A DNA stretch of 43,859 nt from the IMG/VR virus record IMGVR_UViG_3300023203_000032; one strand, given 5' to 3'. Source of the DNA: a virus. The translations under genes and the position numbers were made by a program. The notes beneath the pieces were generated by a model. It saw nothing but the letters and a program-made list of their open reading frames with translations, made no database searches and was not told where the DNA came from. Of the stretch, positions 16,663 through 25,395 are shown piece by piece; the first letter of the stretch is position 1, and the number at the start of each line of letters is the position of its first letter.

Positions 16663-16859
16663 CAGTCCCAATTCGGCACAATAGAGGAAGCAACGGGGCG
16701 TTTCGTCTGCATGATGGCATCTTCTTCCATTAAACGTTGAAGCTCATTTTCAAGAGTCTCCCGGTCAAACGACACGTGCAGCCCATCGACGGAAGTCGAG
16801 GAAGCCCCCGTCTGGAGGAATGCCCTGATCTCGGCGATTCGTGCGGCGTTGTCGGCCAT
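16662..16859 (-). CDS. gpW-like head-tail joining protein (65 aa)
   Basis: Size, position between TerL and the portal, and resemblance of MADNAARIAEIRAFLQTGASSTSVDGLHVSFDRETLENELQRL to lambda gpW as remembered. Confidence 0.65.
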   Translation of the reverse strand: MADNAARIAEIRAFLQTGASSTSVDGLHVSFDRETLENELQRLMEEDAIMQTKRPVASSIVPNWD

Positions 16860-16891
16860 GCCTCGAATCTACGACGAAAACCCGACGGCAC

Positions 16892-17203
16892 TCAAGCGCG
16901 CGATGTGTCGATTCCCGAAGAAGAATCGGGATTCTCGATTGTTTTTTCCGGCGCCACCCGGTTCTGGTGTTCCTGCTCGACGAAGTACTGGCCGCAACTG
17001 CGGCAACGAACGCGCCGCCACACGATGTGCGTCCGCGGTTGCCCCGTTCGTGTCAGGCCGGGCAAGCACCTTTCGCGGACGATCCGCACGGACTCGCGCT
17101 CGGTGCTTCCGCACTTCGGGCACGCCGCCGGGATCACCACCACGGTGGCGGCGGCGCTGTTGCGCGACCCCAGCGGACGTCCTGCGTTCTTGTTCTTCGC
17201 CAT
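16892..17203 (-). CDS. Zinc-ribbon protein (103 aa)
   Basis: Strong AGGAGG RBS. CPKCG...CRSCG pairs. Inserted between TerL and gpW-like. Confidence 0.65.
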   Translation of the reverse strand: MAKNKNAGRPLGSRNSAAATVVVIPAACPKCGSTERESVRIVRERCLPGLTRTGQPRTHIVWRRVRCRSCGQYFVEQEHQNRVAPEKTIENPDSSSGIDTSRA

Positions 17204-17214
17204 GTCATGGCCTC

Positions 17215-19488
17215 CTATAGGTATCTGACGTTCGATTCATTGGCTCGCCGCCGAGCGCGTCTGGCGGTCATCTGGATGCCAGGAACCGACACGCCAAGCA
17301 TCGATGCCGCCGCGGCACAGCCGACCGAGCAATCCCACCAATGGTCGTCAGGCCGCCCGAGCTTGGTCTGCCAGTGCCATTTTCCCGCGTCGCCCAACTG
17401 CCGCCATTCGCACTCCTGGGCGCACCAGTGCTCGGCGAACGGTTCATGGAGTCGCGGGTTCTTACCGTACAGACTCCAGCCGCCCGGGTCGTTGGGGGCA
17501 ATCCTGATTCGATCGGCCGCCATGGACTTCCAATGGTCCGTGTCGAGCAAGACGACGCGCAGGCCGTCTATCGGCGGCAGAATCCGCCAGTGATAGCCGG
17601 TTTGCCCTCCCGGCTTGGCGGCGAAGAAGGAATACCACTCCTGCCCCGGTTTCAGGTAGAACCCCTGCGCGGGCATCGTGATCGCGGCGTATCGTGACCG
17701 ACGGCACTGCGACTTGACCGCCTCCGTCTCCCACTTGCTGTCCTTCAACAGCCTCCCGATCCGCATGGCCGCGCCGTCCTCGCGTATCCACTCACGGCTG
17801 AGCAGCTTCTCCTCAAGCGCGTCAAGACCCGCGATAATCACGGCCGCGTCGCTCTGTCCTTTGTGCACGTCGCGTAGGCGCACGGGCGGGGACGCCTGCG
17901 AGAAGAACATGGTCGGCTGCTCGGGATGGGTGCCGTAGTCCAGGAAGTAGCCCGTGAAGTTCGATTCCCACCCCGCGACCACCCAATACAGGATGTCCTT
18001 GTGAACGTCGATGTAGCCCGACAGTTGCGAACACGGCAACGGGACCACGCCGCGATCGAGGCCGTTGATCTTGTGGCTCACCAGTTCCACGGTCAGTTGG
18101 AAGGCGTGCTTCAGCCCCTCGTCTTCCGGGTCGTTCTGGTATTCGGCATGGAAGGCGCGGAGGTCCTGAATCCGCAAGTTCATCGCGTGCTGAAGGGCGG
18201 ACGCCTCGCCTTGGAAGAGGAAGTGCTCGCACGCGACCTCCGCGCCGGCGTCCATTTCGTCGCGGTGCTCGAGATAGAACGCCGTCGCCTCGCTTCCGTC
18301 GCCGTCCGCCGCCAAGCTCTCCGCACGCAGCTTGGCATACTCGTCCCACATCTTCAGGTTCGACGGAAGCGACCATAACAAGGGCGTTCTCTCGCCCTGG
18401 TACTCTGGATGGCGTTTGCGATCCAATAACCGCGAGGCCAGGTCGCCCCGGCAGATCACCGTGACGGCCGCAAAGACGGAAATGCCCCGCACCGGGTCGG
18501 CCATGCCCATCACGTCGGCGAAGATCGTCGCCTCGCGGTCGTCCGTCTGGATCGCCGAGCGAGCGGACTCGCGGGTCTGCGGGTCGTCCAACAGAACGAA
18601 GTCGGGGCGAATCGTCGAGCCGTCCACGAGCCCGTGGGCCTGGCCGCGGACTTCCGACCCCGACAGACCGCACGCCGAAATGACCGACCCGCTGGCCGCC
18701 GATCCCGGAATCGACGGAAACACGATCTTGTCGCTCGACCACTCGATGTACGTCGACGCTCCAAGGTAGGTCTGCCCAAGAGCTCGTCCGGTCAATCGTC
18801 CCAATCGGCGGATCGGCACGAACACTTCCGGGAAGTCGGCCAACAGCAGGTCGTTCGTCTCACACCACTTCTTGATCTCGGCCAAACGCCGCAATGCCAT
18901 GGGGGACGATGCGCCGATCAAACACACGAACCGCCGCAGACCGTTCAGGATCGCCCATAGACAGGCCGCCTTGGCCAACGTGGATTTGCCGAATCCTCGG
19001 GGCATGGCAAACGCAAAGCAGCCGCCCTTTCGCACGGCCCGTTCGATCTTCCGAACGGCACGGCGGAGGCTCTTCGAGAACGGCCGAAAGAATGATGCCG
19101 CCAAGTACGTGGTGCAGAACGTCTCCAGCTTCGCCAGCGCCGCCGCTCGGCGTTGGGGATCCGCAACGGGAGGCAGCGGGCCGATGTCACGCCCGGCAGC
19201 CGATCGCTCCGCATTGCGCGATCGGGCTCGCTCTTTGATCTGGTCGTAGTCGGCACGGAGAACGCCAGGCGGCACGGTCGCCGGTTCAGGCGGGGCTTTC
19301 CATCGCGTACGCAACCATGCGGCGTACTTCAGCAGGTGAATCCGGCCGTCCGATCCAATCTGCAGGCCGGCCTCGTTCTGGTGGCGGCGGACGGCGCGCA
19401 CGTCGACCGGGAGAGCCCCTGGCGGCGTCTCCTGGTTGAGAAGCCTTGCGACGTCGGTCGGTCGCAATCGCGTGTAGTCAAGCGGCAC
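17215..19488 (-). CDS. terL: Terminase large subunit (757 aa) with N-terminal TerS-like DNA-binding extension
   Basis: Walker A-like AMPRGFGKST, large size, and position upstream of gpW/portal. GTG start overlaps the upstream gene by 11 nt. Confidence 0.85.
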   Translation of the reverse strand: MPLDYTRLRPTDVARLLNQETPPGALPVDVRAVRRHQNEAGLQIGSDGRIHLLKYAAWLRTRWKAPPEPATVPPGVLRADYDQIKERARSRNAERSAAGRDIGPLPPVADPQRRAAALAKLETFCTTYLAASFFRPFSKSLRRAVRKIERAVRKGGCFAFAMPRGFGKSTLAKAACLWAILNGLRRFVCLIGASSPMALRRLAEIKKWCETNDLLLADFPEVFVPIRRLGRLTGRALGQTYLGASTYIEWSSDKIVFPSIPGSAASGSVISACGLSGSEVRGQAHGLVDGSTIRPDFVLLDDPQTRESARSAIQTDDREATIFADVMGMADPVRGISVFAAVTVICRGDLASRLLDRKRHPEYQGERTPLLWSLPSNLKMWDEYAKLRAESLAADGDGSEATAFYLEHRDEMDAGAEVACEHFLFQGEASALQHAMNLRIQDLRAFHAEYQNDPEDEGLKHAFQLTVELVSHKINGLDRGVVPLPCSQLSGYIDVHKDILYWVVAGWESNFTGYFLDYGTHPEQPTMFFSQASPPVRLRDVHKGQSDAAVIIAGLDALEEKLLSREWIREDGAAMRIGRLLKDSKWETEAVKSQCRRSRYAAITMPAQGFYLKPGQEWYSFFAAKPGGQTGYHWRILPPIDGLRVVLLDTDHWKSMAADRIRIAPNDPGGWSLYGKNPRLHEPFAEHWCAQECEWRQLGDAGKWHWQTKLGRPDDHWWDCSVGCAAAASMLGVSVPGIQMTARRARRRANESNVRYL

Positions 19489-19672
19489 CTGTCACCTGCA
19501 TGTAAAGCCACCGGATGTACGCCAGCAGCGGGATTCTGCCGTCCGGCAACACGGGGGCGCCAGCAGCCATGTCCGATTCCACGTCGGCCGGGGTCACGAC
19601 GATCCCGCCATGACTCAGCAACTCCGCCACCTTCACCGCGGTCAACGCATCCTGCCGATCCTCGCTCGCCAT
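19478..19672 (-). CDS. Small terminase-like / DNA-recognition protein (64 aa)
   Basis: Directly upstream of and overlapping terL. Shares the motif VA.LL ... DGRI.LL.Y..WL with the TerL N terminus. Confidence 0.55.
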   Translation of the reverse strand: MASEDRQDALTAVKVAELLSHGGIVVTPADVESDMAAGAPVLPDGRIPLLAYIRWLYMQVTGAA

Positions 19673-19689
19673 CGCATTTCCGCGGAAAA

Positions 19690-19723
19690 CAAACTCAGTA
19701 CAAAAAGTCGAGGGCCCCTCGAC
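19690..19723 (-). terminator. Intrinsic terminator immediately upstream of the packaging genes
   Basis: Minus strand reads GTCGAGG-GGC-CCTCGAC followed by TTTTTGTACTGAGTTTGTTTT. Located between the GT-A-like gene stop (19793) and the terS-like start (19672). Confidence 0.65.
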
Positions 19724-19792
19724 CGGTCAGTTGGCGGGGGTGGCGGGAAGTACCTACGTGATTGGCGGCAGGGTGCCCGCACGCGTCGGCCC

Positions 19793-20560
19793 TCAGCAAC
19801 CGGGGATGGGCACGGACACTTTCGTGTTGAGGATGTTCCGGCCCGTGCTGTGCCGTCGGCCTTTGGTTCCGCCGGGGCGGATCATGCCGCGTCCCCACTT
19901 GGCAATGAGCCGCCGGATACAGACCCGCTCGGTCTCTGCCGTCCTCAGCGAGACGAAGCCGCCCGATCGCTTGCCGTGGTCGTGGACGTAGTGGTACTTG
20001 TTCACCCGGAGGGTCTTGTGGTACCGCTGGATGTTCTGCAACCAGAAGTCGTAGTCCTCCTTGGCTGGCACGGACTCGTCGTAGCGCAGCTCGGGCGACA
20101 GATGCCCCGTGAACGGTCCAAGGATCGGGGCCAGCAGATTGAACGGGCAGAACGCCTTGTACGAGGTCGGGTCGGAGTTCTGAGCGATGCCCCAGAGCCG
20201 CACGCCCAACTGCTCGGCCAACTCGAAGTGGTGCACGATCATCGAGGCAATCTGCTCCGGGGTGAGCCAATGCCGCCGCCCTCCCTCGAACATGCCGATT
20301 CGCGGGATGTCGTCGTCGAGGACGAGCGTCCACGCCTTGGGTGAACGGTCCAAGATCGCGTTGAACTTGCGGCTCGGGTTGCCGTCGCATTCGTCAGGGA
20401 TGGTGATTACCCGATCCCCATAGTGCTGGCGGTAGTCGTCGCCTTGGGACTCGGGCACCCAGACGTACGCGAACGGGAACGGGCCGAACGCATCGACCCG
20501 ACCCGCGCGCCGGTACGAACGGATGGCCACGTGAATTCGGTCGTCAATCGTCGCACTCAT
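19793..20560 (-). CDS. GT-A-fold glycosyltransferase-like protein (255 aa)
   Basis: ATG at 20560 with a GGGAG RBS. N-terminal strand IHVAIRSYRR, DxD-type LVLDDDI, later EDYDFW. The pattern is reminiscent of phage GT-A / TET-associated glycosyltransferase-like proteins (memory only). Confidence 0.55.
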   Translation of the reverse strand: MSATIDDRIHVAIRSYRRAGRVDAFGPFPFAYVWVPESQGDDYRQHYGDRVITIPDECDGNPSRKFNAILDRSPKAWTLVLDDDIPRIGMFEGGRRHWLTPEQIASMIVHHFELAEQLGVRLWGIAQNSDPTSYKAFCPFNLLAPILGPFTGHLSPELRYDESVPAKEDYDFWLQNIQRYHKTLRVNKYHYVHDHGKRSGGFVSLRTAETERVCIRRLIAKWGRGMIRPGGTKGRRHSTGRNILNTKVSVPIPGC

Positions 20561-21188
20561 AGCCCAACTCCCGAAGCACCACCTTGGCCGGAACCACTCG
20601 CCCGAGACCATGCTGCTGGAGCGTGCTGCTCGGGTCGATCACGGGGTTGGCGACCGCATGCACACCCAGCCGCTCGGTCAACACTTTCCAGTCCCACTCG
20701 TTGTCAAACGCGATCACCAGGTAGTCTTGCCGCTCGAACAGTTCCGGACTGATCGGCAGCCCCGTCACGTCCTTCTCCTTCTTTGCGGTCTGCTGGAGCA
20801 GACTGCCCACCAGGTCCGCCGCCGCTTCGCTCTTGAACTCCACACGGCCAAGCAGCGCGGCCAGCGCGTCCTTGTCGGCCGTGGCCATGCCGGCCAGCGG
20901 GTCGAGCGTGGCCAGCAGTTGGTCGGCCTCCCTCTCGTCCACGTCCAGCACGAGCACGGGCACGATCTCGTGGGGCGTTGTCTCCGCTCGCAGGTGCCCG
21001 TCGACGAGCTCAAGCGAACCGTCGGCCAACTCCCGGGCCAACAGGGCGTCGGCAATGCCGATCTCGGCCAATACCCCACGCAGGGCGTCCTTCTGCTCGG
21101 TCGGATGGGTCCTCCAATTCCTGGGGTTGGGCCTCAAGTCACAGGCCCGAACGTGCCGAAGTTCTTTGATCCGATTGCGTATCTGCAT
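20544..21188 (-). CDS. ParB N-terminal (ParB/Srx nuclease-like) domain protein (214 aa)
   Basis: LRPNPRNWRTHPTEQKDALRGVLAEIGIADALLAR...LELVDGHLR is the ParB-like NPR..H / DGHxR signature. ATG at 21188 with a GGAGGA RBS. Confidence 0.75.
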   Translation of the reverse strand: MQIRNRIKELRHVRACDLRPNPRNWRTHPTEQKDALRGVLAEIGIADALLARELADGSLELVDGHLRAETTPHEIVPVLVLDVDEREADQLLATLDPLAGMATADKDALAALLGRVEFKSEAAADLVGSLLQQTAKKEKDVTGLPISPELFERQDYLVIAFDNEWDWKVLTERLGVHAVANPVIDPSSTLQQHGLGRVVPAKVVLRELGYECDD

Positions 21189-21302
21189 AGCCCAATCCTC
21201 CACGCGAAACGCATGGCGGCCTGATTCAAGTAGATCGCTGTGTCAGGCCGGCTGGTGAAGTTCCCGCTTCCCGGCCAGCCGCTTCTGCTTTCGAGCGACT
21301 AT

Positions 21303-22946
21303 CTAAATGCACTTCAGACGAAAGCGGACCAGGATGACCTGCCCAGCCTCCGGCGTCAGCTTGTATTCCACGAGGTAGGACACCCCTGCCACCTCGAACG
21401 CTGGGTACTCGTCAACCTCCGGCGTGTGGCAGAAGTTCCAGTTGCTCCCGTCCAGGTCCGTTTGGAGCTCGTCGTAGAGGACGTCCTCCGGCTCCAGCGG
21501 CACGTCCACGTGTCCGCCGACCGGTGTGCGGCTGTCCGGGGCGTTCGCGTCGAGGACGAAGATCGAGTACGCGACCGAGGCGACGTCCGCCTGTTTGACG
21601 TACACGCCGTTGCGCCACACTTTGGCTAAGAGGCGGCGCGTGCCGTGCTTGAACACGGTGCCGTAAATGTCGGCCACGGAGGAGGGGGCATCGGGACCTG
21701 TCCCTGCCGCGGAGCCGGTCAGCGTTCGCGTCGAGTTGGTCCAGATCTCTTCGGCGCTCGCGCCGCCGCCAGTCCATGCTTCGTCTCCGTGGGTCTGCAA
21801 CTCACTGATCTGGCGGTTGAGGTCCACGTGCGACAACTGGGAACCGCTCCAGTAGATCTTGCCGCTGCTGGCGGCCTTGTCGGCCTCGTCGGGCGACGCC
21901 CCGAGCTGTCTGTACGCCGTCGCGCTCAACACGCCCTCGTCGACCTGGCTGGGCACGCTCGCCAGAAACCGCCCGCTGCTGGCCGGCGTCTCCGTCATCG
22001 GCAGGGCGAAGTCGCTGCGGTCGCCGCCCGATTCGTCTTGCCACTCTTCGTCCGTGGGATTCCAGGCCTCGGCGGGTCCCTCGCCTTTGCGGAGCACCAG
22101 GTAATAGGCCGCGCCGATCGAGCCGGCCAGTTCGATCGAGCCCGCCCAGCCGAGGCTCATCCGCTGGAGGCCGGCCAGCGCGGGCGACACCGCCTCGGCG
22201 ATCGCCGCGGTGTCCAGGGCGGGCTTGCCCGCGGACGTTTCCTCGGCCACGACGCGGAAAGTCATCACCGTGGTTCTGCTTGTCACTCCGTCGACGGTCG
22301 CGGCGGCCACGACGTTGTAGAACTTGTCGACTTCGTAGCCCCAGACGCCGTAGATGACGAACGAGCCGCGGTAGTGGCCCGTCCTGCCGGTGCGTTTGGT
22401 AAGGGAGCCGCTGGAGGCGGGCATGTCGATGCCCTCCTCAAAGACCTCGAAGGTCGGGGCGGCGTCGGCATCGGTGGCCTGGCCCGTCTTGGGATGGTGG
22501 GTCACAACGTCGAAGTGGACCGTTGTGTTGTACGGGATGTCCATGCCACCCCCGGCTGCGGCGATAACCGGCCCACCGCTGGTCGCGCATTGGACCGCGT
22601 TGACCTGGCGGAGCCGCGGCGTCACGGTGACATCGACGTCCGTGTCGCTGGCGTTGGAGCTTTTGAGGGTGGCCGAAAGGGTGGCGCCGCTGGCCACGAA
22701 GATCGGGCCCGTGCGGAACTGGACTCGTGTGCTATCGGCCTTGTAGACCGGCTGGGCCGCGCCGCCGACGACCTGGCCGCCGACGGTCAGCCGGACCGAG
22801 AGCGTGCCCAGGGCGGCGGCGAGATTCTTCGTGCCGTCGCCGACGTTGAATTCCAACTCATACTCGCCGTCGACCGTGGCCGTCTTGTTGTAGACCGTGG
22901 CCGCCGACGTGAGGTTGTAGTCGCCGTTCTGCGATTCAATGGCCAT
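21303..22946 (-). CDS. Fibre-like / beta-sandwich-repeat structural protein candidate (547 aa)
   Basis: Ala/Thr/Gly/Val-rich beta-type sequence with recurring modules (…TGHYRGSF…). Adjacent to the LamG protein. No family verified. Confidence 0.55.
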   Translation of the reverse strand: MAIESQNGDYNLTSAATVYNKTATVDGEYELEFNVGDGTKNLAAALGTLSVRLTVGGQVVGGAAQPVYKADSTRVQFRTGPIFVASGATLSATLKSSNASDTDVDVTVTPRLRQVNAVQCATSGGPVIAAAGGGMDIPYNTTVHFDVVTHHPKTGQATDADAAPTFEVFEEGIDMPASSGSLTKRTGRTGHYRGSFVIYGVWGYEVDKFYNVVAAATVDGVTSRTTVMTFRVVAEETSAGKPALDTAAIAEAVSPALAGLQRMSLGWAGSIELAGSIGAAYYLVLRKGEGPAEAWNPTDEEWQDESGGDRSDFALPMTETPASSGRFLASVPSQVDEGVLSATAYRQLGASPDEADKAASSGKIYWSGSQLSHVDLNRQISELQTHGDEAWTGGGASAEEIWTNSTRTLTGSAAGTGPDAPSSVADIYGTVFKHGTRRLLAKVWRNGVYVKQADVASVAYSIFVLDANAPDSRTPVGGHVDVPLEPEDVLYDELQTDLDGSNWNFCHTPEVDEYPAFEVAGVSYLVEYKLTPEAGQVILVRFRLKCI

Positions 22947-22949
22947 AAC

Positions 22950-23645
22950 TCAGACCGCCACCGTTCGTTGAATCAGTTCTCTCGCCACCGACGGACGTGG
23001 CGGCAACGCTACCACCGGATGCTCGCCCACGCCGCCGCTGTTGTCCGTCACCGAAAGTCCCGCGATGACCTCCCGAGCGTCCACTCGCATCGGCAGGCAC
23101 CAGGCCAAGCCGTCCCGCAGGGCCAGCGGGTTCTGCCCGGCAGCCAGCGCCTCAATCTCGCCCTGCACCAGCGTCCGGTCCCACTTGGCCCACTCGGCCA
23201 GAGCATCGCGGAATCGGTTTGAGCCGGCGCTTGTCGAGCCGATGTAGAACGACGCGGCCGGGTCGATCGTCCCCAGGCCGGCCGTGCCGTTGGTGTTGAC
23301 GTTTACCCCGTCGATCCAGCATCGGATGTAGCTGGCGTCCCGCGTCCAGGCGAGGTGGTGCCACAGGCCGTCATCGACGCGGACGCCTCCGCTGCCAAGT
23401 CCCCGTGTCACGGGGACCGAGTCGCTGAAGCTCGCGTAGAGCGTGCCCGGCGACGTGGCCGCATCCGATTCGACGACGCGGGCGTAGGTGCTCGGACTGC
23501 CGCTGCTCCAATACCACAGCTCGCCGTGCCAGTCGGTAGACTGCCGCTTGATCCAGCCGCCGATCGTCCACGCGGAACCCAACGTCAACGCCGCGTTGTC
23601 GGCGAGAATGAGGTTCTGGTTCGTGCCGTTGAACAGGAGGCCCAT
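22950..23645 (-). CDS. LamG / concanavalin A-like lectin domain protein (231 aa)
   Basis: LLFNGTNQNLILADNAALTLGSAWTIGGWIK ... WHHLAWTRD ... IRCWIDGV ... FYIGS is the typical Laminin_G_3 pattern. The start is taken at the ATG at 23645, 1 nt after the upstream stop. Confidence 0.7.
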   Translation of the reverse strand: MGLLFNGTNQNLILADNAALTLGSAWTIGGWIKRQSTDWHGELWYWSSGSPSTYARVVESDAATSPGTLYASFSDSVPVTRGLGSGGVRVDDGLWHHLAWTRDASYIRCWIDGVNVNTNGTAGLGTIDPAASFYIGSTSAGSNRFRDALAEWAKWDRTLVQGEIEALAAGQNPLALRDGLAWCLPMRVDAREVIAGLSVTDNSGGVGEHPVVALPPRPSVARELIQRTVAV

Positions 23646-23646
23646 A

Positions 23647-23910
23647 CTACCGCTCGCAGTTCCGTTCATGCCGTGCCATGGTTGCTGCACAGCTCATCCG
23701 CAAGGTGTTCAACGCTTCGCTGTTTGATTGAATCGCCTGCGTGATTGCAATGCGGTCCTCACGTTGGTTCTTGTGCTGAATCCAGAACAACGCGGCTAGG
23801 AAGGCGAGCGCGCCGCCCTGCACCACGCCGCCGACTTCGGGCCATACCGGCTCGATTGCTTGCCCGCAGAGAAACGCACTGAGACTCGCGGCGAACATCC
23901 CGTTTTGCAT
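23647..23910 (-). CDS. Small membrane protein, holin-like candidate (87 aa)
   Basis: GGTGAGGG RBS. Two hydrophobic segments (FAASLSAFLCGQAI; GGALAFLAALFWI) followed by a polar tail. Confidence 0.5.
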   Translation of the reverse strand: MQNGMFAASLSAFLCGQAIEPVWPEVGGVVQGGALAFLAALFWIQHKNQREDRIAITQAIQSNSEALNTLRMSCAATMARHERNCER

Positions 23911-23962
23911 CCCTCACCCACCCTCGACCGAATCCATGGTTGGCCCCTTGCGTGACTCCGAC

Positions 23963-24772
23963 TTAGAGTTGCGTTAGCGTTGCCCCAAAACCGTACAGCT
24001 CGTCCGGCACGGCACGCGAACCTTCAAGCTCGATTACGTCGTCCTCGTTGTGGCTATTGCGGAGCTTCCATCGCAGATTGTTCGTAGCCGATTCGTCCCA
24101 TTCCACGGCCACCAGCTCCAGGGCATGGCCCCACCAGTTGTACGCGATGTAGCACGGCGTCCCCGTCGCCAGAATCGAGATTGCGTGCTGAATCATCGCC
24201 TTTCGCGTGCTGTTGTCGGCGTCGAAGACCTCGCCTTCAGCCAACCGGTATTGCAGAGCGTTCTCTTCCCAGCCCTTTTCGTACTGCCGATGACTGCGGC
24301 TGTGCTGGTCCGGCGTGTACTTCATTTCGCAAACGCCGCGTTCCATGAGCCCGCGAATACAGTCCTCCAGGTAATTGCCCTGATTCCGCCAGTCGACAAG
24401 CCAGCCAAGACTTACTGGCGAGAGAATCGGGACGGGCTTACCCTCGCGTGCCCGGCAGTCCATCAGCGTTCCCGTGCCGCTCCAGGCCCAACAGTAGCCG
24501 AGGCCATTCTGATTCCACCGGAATCCAGGCGGGCCCCAGCTTGCACGCTGGTGATAGAGCGGGAAGCGTTGCTCGGCGTGGCAACGAAGAATCACTTCCT
24601 TGTAGTCGGCGGGCTTCACGAGCATGTCAGGATATTCGCCGACGGCCACCACGCCCGGGATGCGGCCGTAGCCCGTTCGCCGCGGCACAACGCCGTAGCC
24701 GCCGTGCGACTGGCAACCGTGGACGAGGTATTCAAAATCGGCGACGTTGTCGAGGTCGTAGCGTTGGATCAT
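23963..24772 (-). CDS. Papain-like (C1-type) cysteine peptidase (269 aa)
   Basis: WNQNGLGYCWAWSGTGTL matches the papain Q..G.CWAFS catalytic Cys motif. A later WWGHALELV provides a His candidate, and RNSH an Asn region. ATGA coupling to the upstream gene. Confidence 0.65.
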   Translation of the reverse strand: MIQRYDLDNVADFEYLVHGCQSHGGYGVVPRRTGYGRIPGVVAVGEYPDMLVKPADYKEVILRCHAEQRFPLYHQRASWGPPGFRWNQNGLGYCWAWSGTGTLMDCRAREGKPVPILSPVSLGWLVDWRNQGNYLEDCIRGLMERGVCEMKYTPDQHSRSHRQYEKGWEENALQYRLAEGEVFDADNSTRKAMIQHAISILATGTPCYIAYNWWGHALELVAVEWDESATNNLRWKLRNSHNEDDVIELEGSRAVPDELYGFGATLTQL

Positions 24773-25395
24773 CGCTTGGCCCCCTTTGCACCAGCAAGGA
24801 ACTCCAGTACAGCCGCGGCGTTCTCGGGCAAGGCCGCATCCCGCACGTTACCGCCGTCGAGCGGTGCGAACGCGATACGCGGGGTGCTCTTGCCCTTGAC
24901 GGCCCGGAAGTAGGCCGAGAGGTCAGGGCTCGTCGGCTTGTGCCCCGGTTCAGCGACCGCGTTGATGTCGAAAGAGCCGACGAAGTAGTGGCCCGCGTCG
25001 GTCAACGCCTTGCGGAATTTCAAGCCCTGCAAAACGTCGAGCTGCTCCTGACTGTAGTTGTCCAAGTCGAGCGATTGGTAAAAGAAGGCGACTTGCCACT
25101 TTGCGTTTGGCGTAGGGTCCGGGTCCGGGTCCGGATCGGGCCCAGGATCGGGGTCCGGTCCCGGGTCCGGCTGCACAAAGGGCACCAGCTTGAACGACCG
25201 GAAGTCGGTCAGTAGCAAGACCACCGTGCCAGGCTCGGTCCCCGGGACGAACATCGCCTGAATCGTACCGCCGTCGGCCCCGGGCATCTTGAACGGCTTG
25301 AACACGGCCACGTCCGGCTCGGCAGCACAGGCGACCGCGGCGGCCAACGACAGCAAGACCACAATCGCGGCCTCGCGGAAGACGGCACGTTTCAT
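24769..25395 (-). CDS. Secreted two-domain protein with (Pro-Asp)n linker (208 aa)
   Basis: Signal peptide MKRAVFREAAIVVLLSLAAAVACAA. Central QPDPGPDPDPGPDPDPDPDPTP linker. ATGA coupling on both sides. Confidence 0.7.
   Translation of the reverse strand: MKRAVFREAAIVVLLSLAAAVACAAEPDVAVFKPFKMPGADGGTIQAMFVPGTEPGTVVLLLTDFRSFKLVPFVQPDPGPDPDPGPDPDPDPDPTPNAKWQVAFFYQSLDLDNYSQEQLDVLQGLKFRKALTDAGHYFVGSFDINAVAEPGHKPTSPDLSAYFRAVKGKSTPRIAFAPLDGGNVRDAALPENAAAVLEFLAGAKGAKR
25115..25170. repeat. GGTCCG/GGATCG-type short tandem repeat encoding the PD linker
   Basis: gggtccgggtccgggtccggatcgggcccaggatcggggtccggtcccgggtccgg read directly. Confidence 0.8.
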
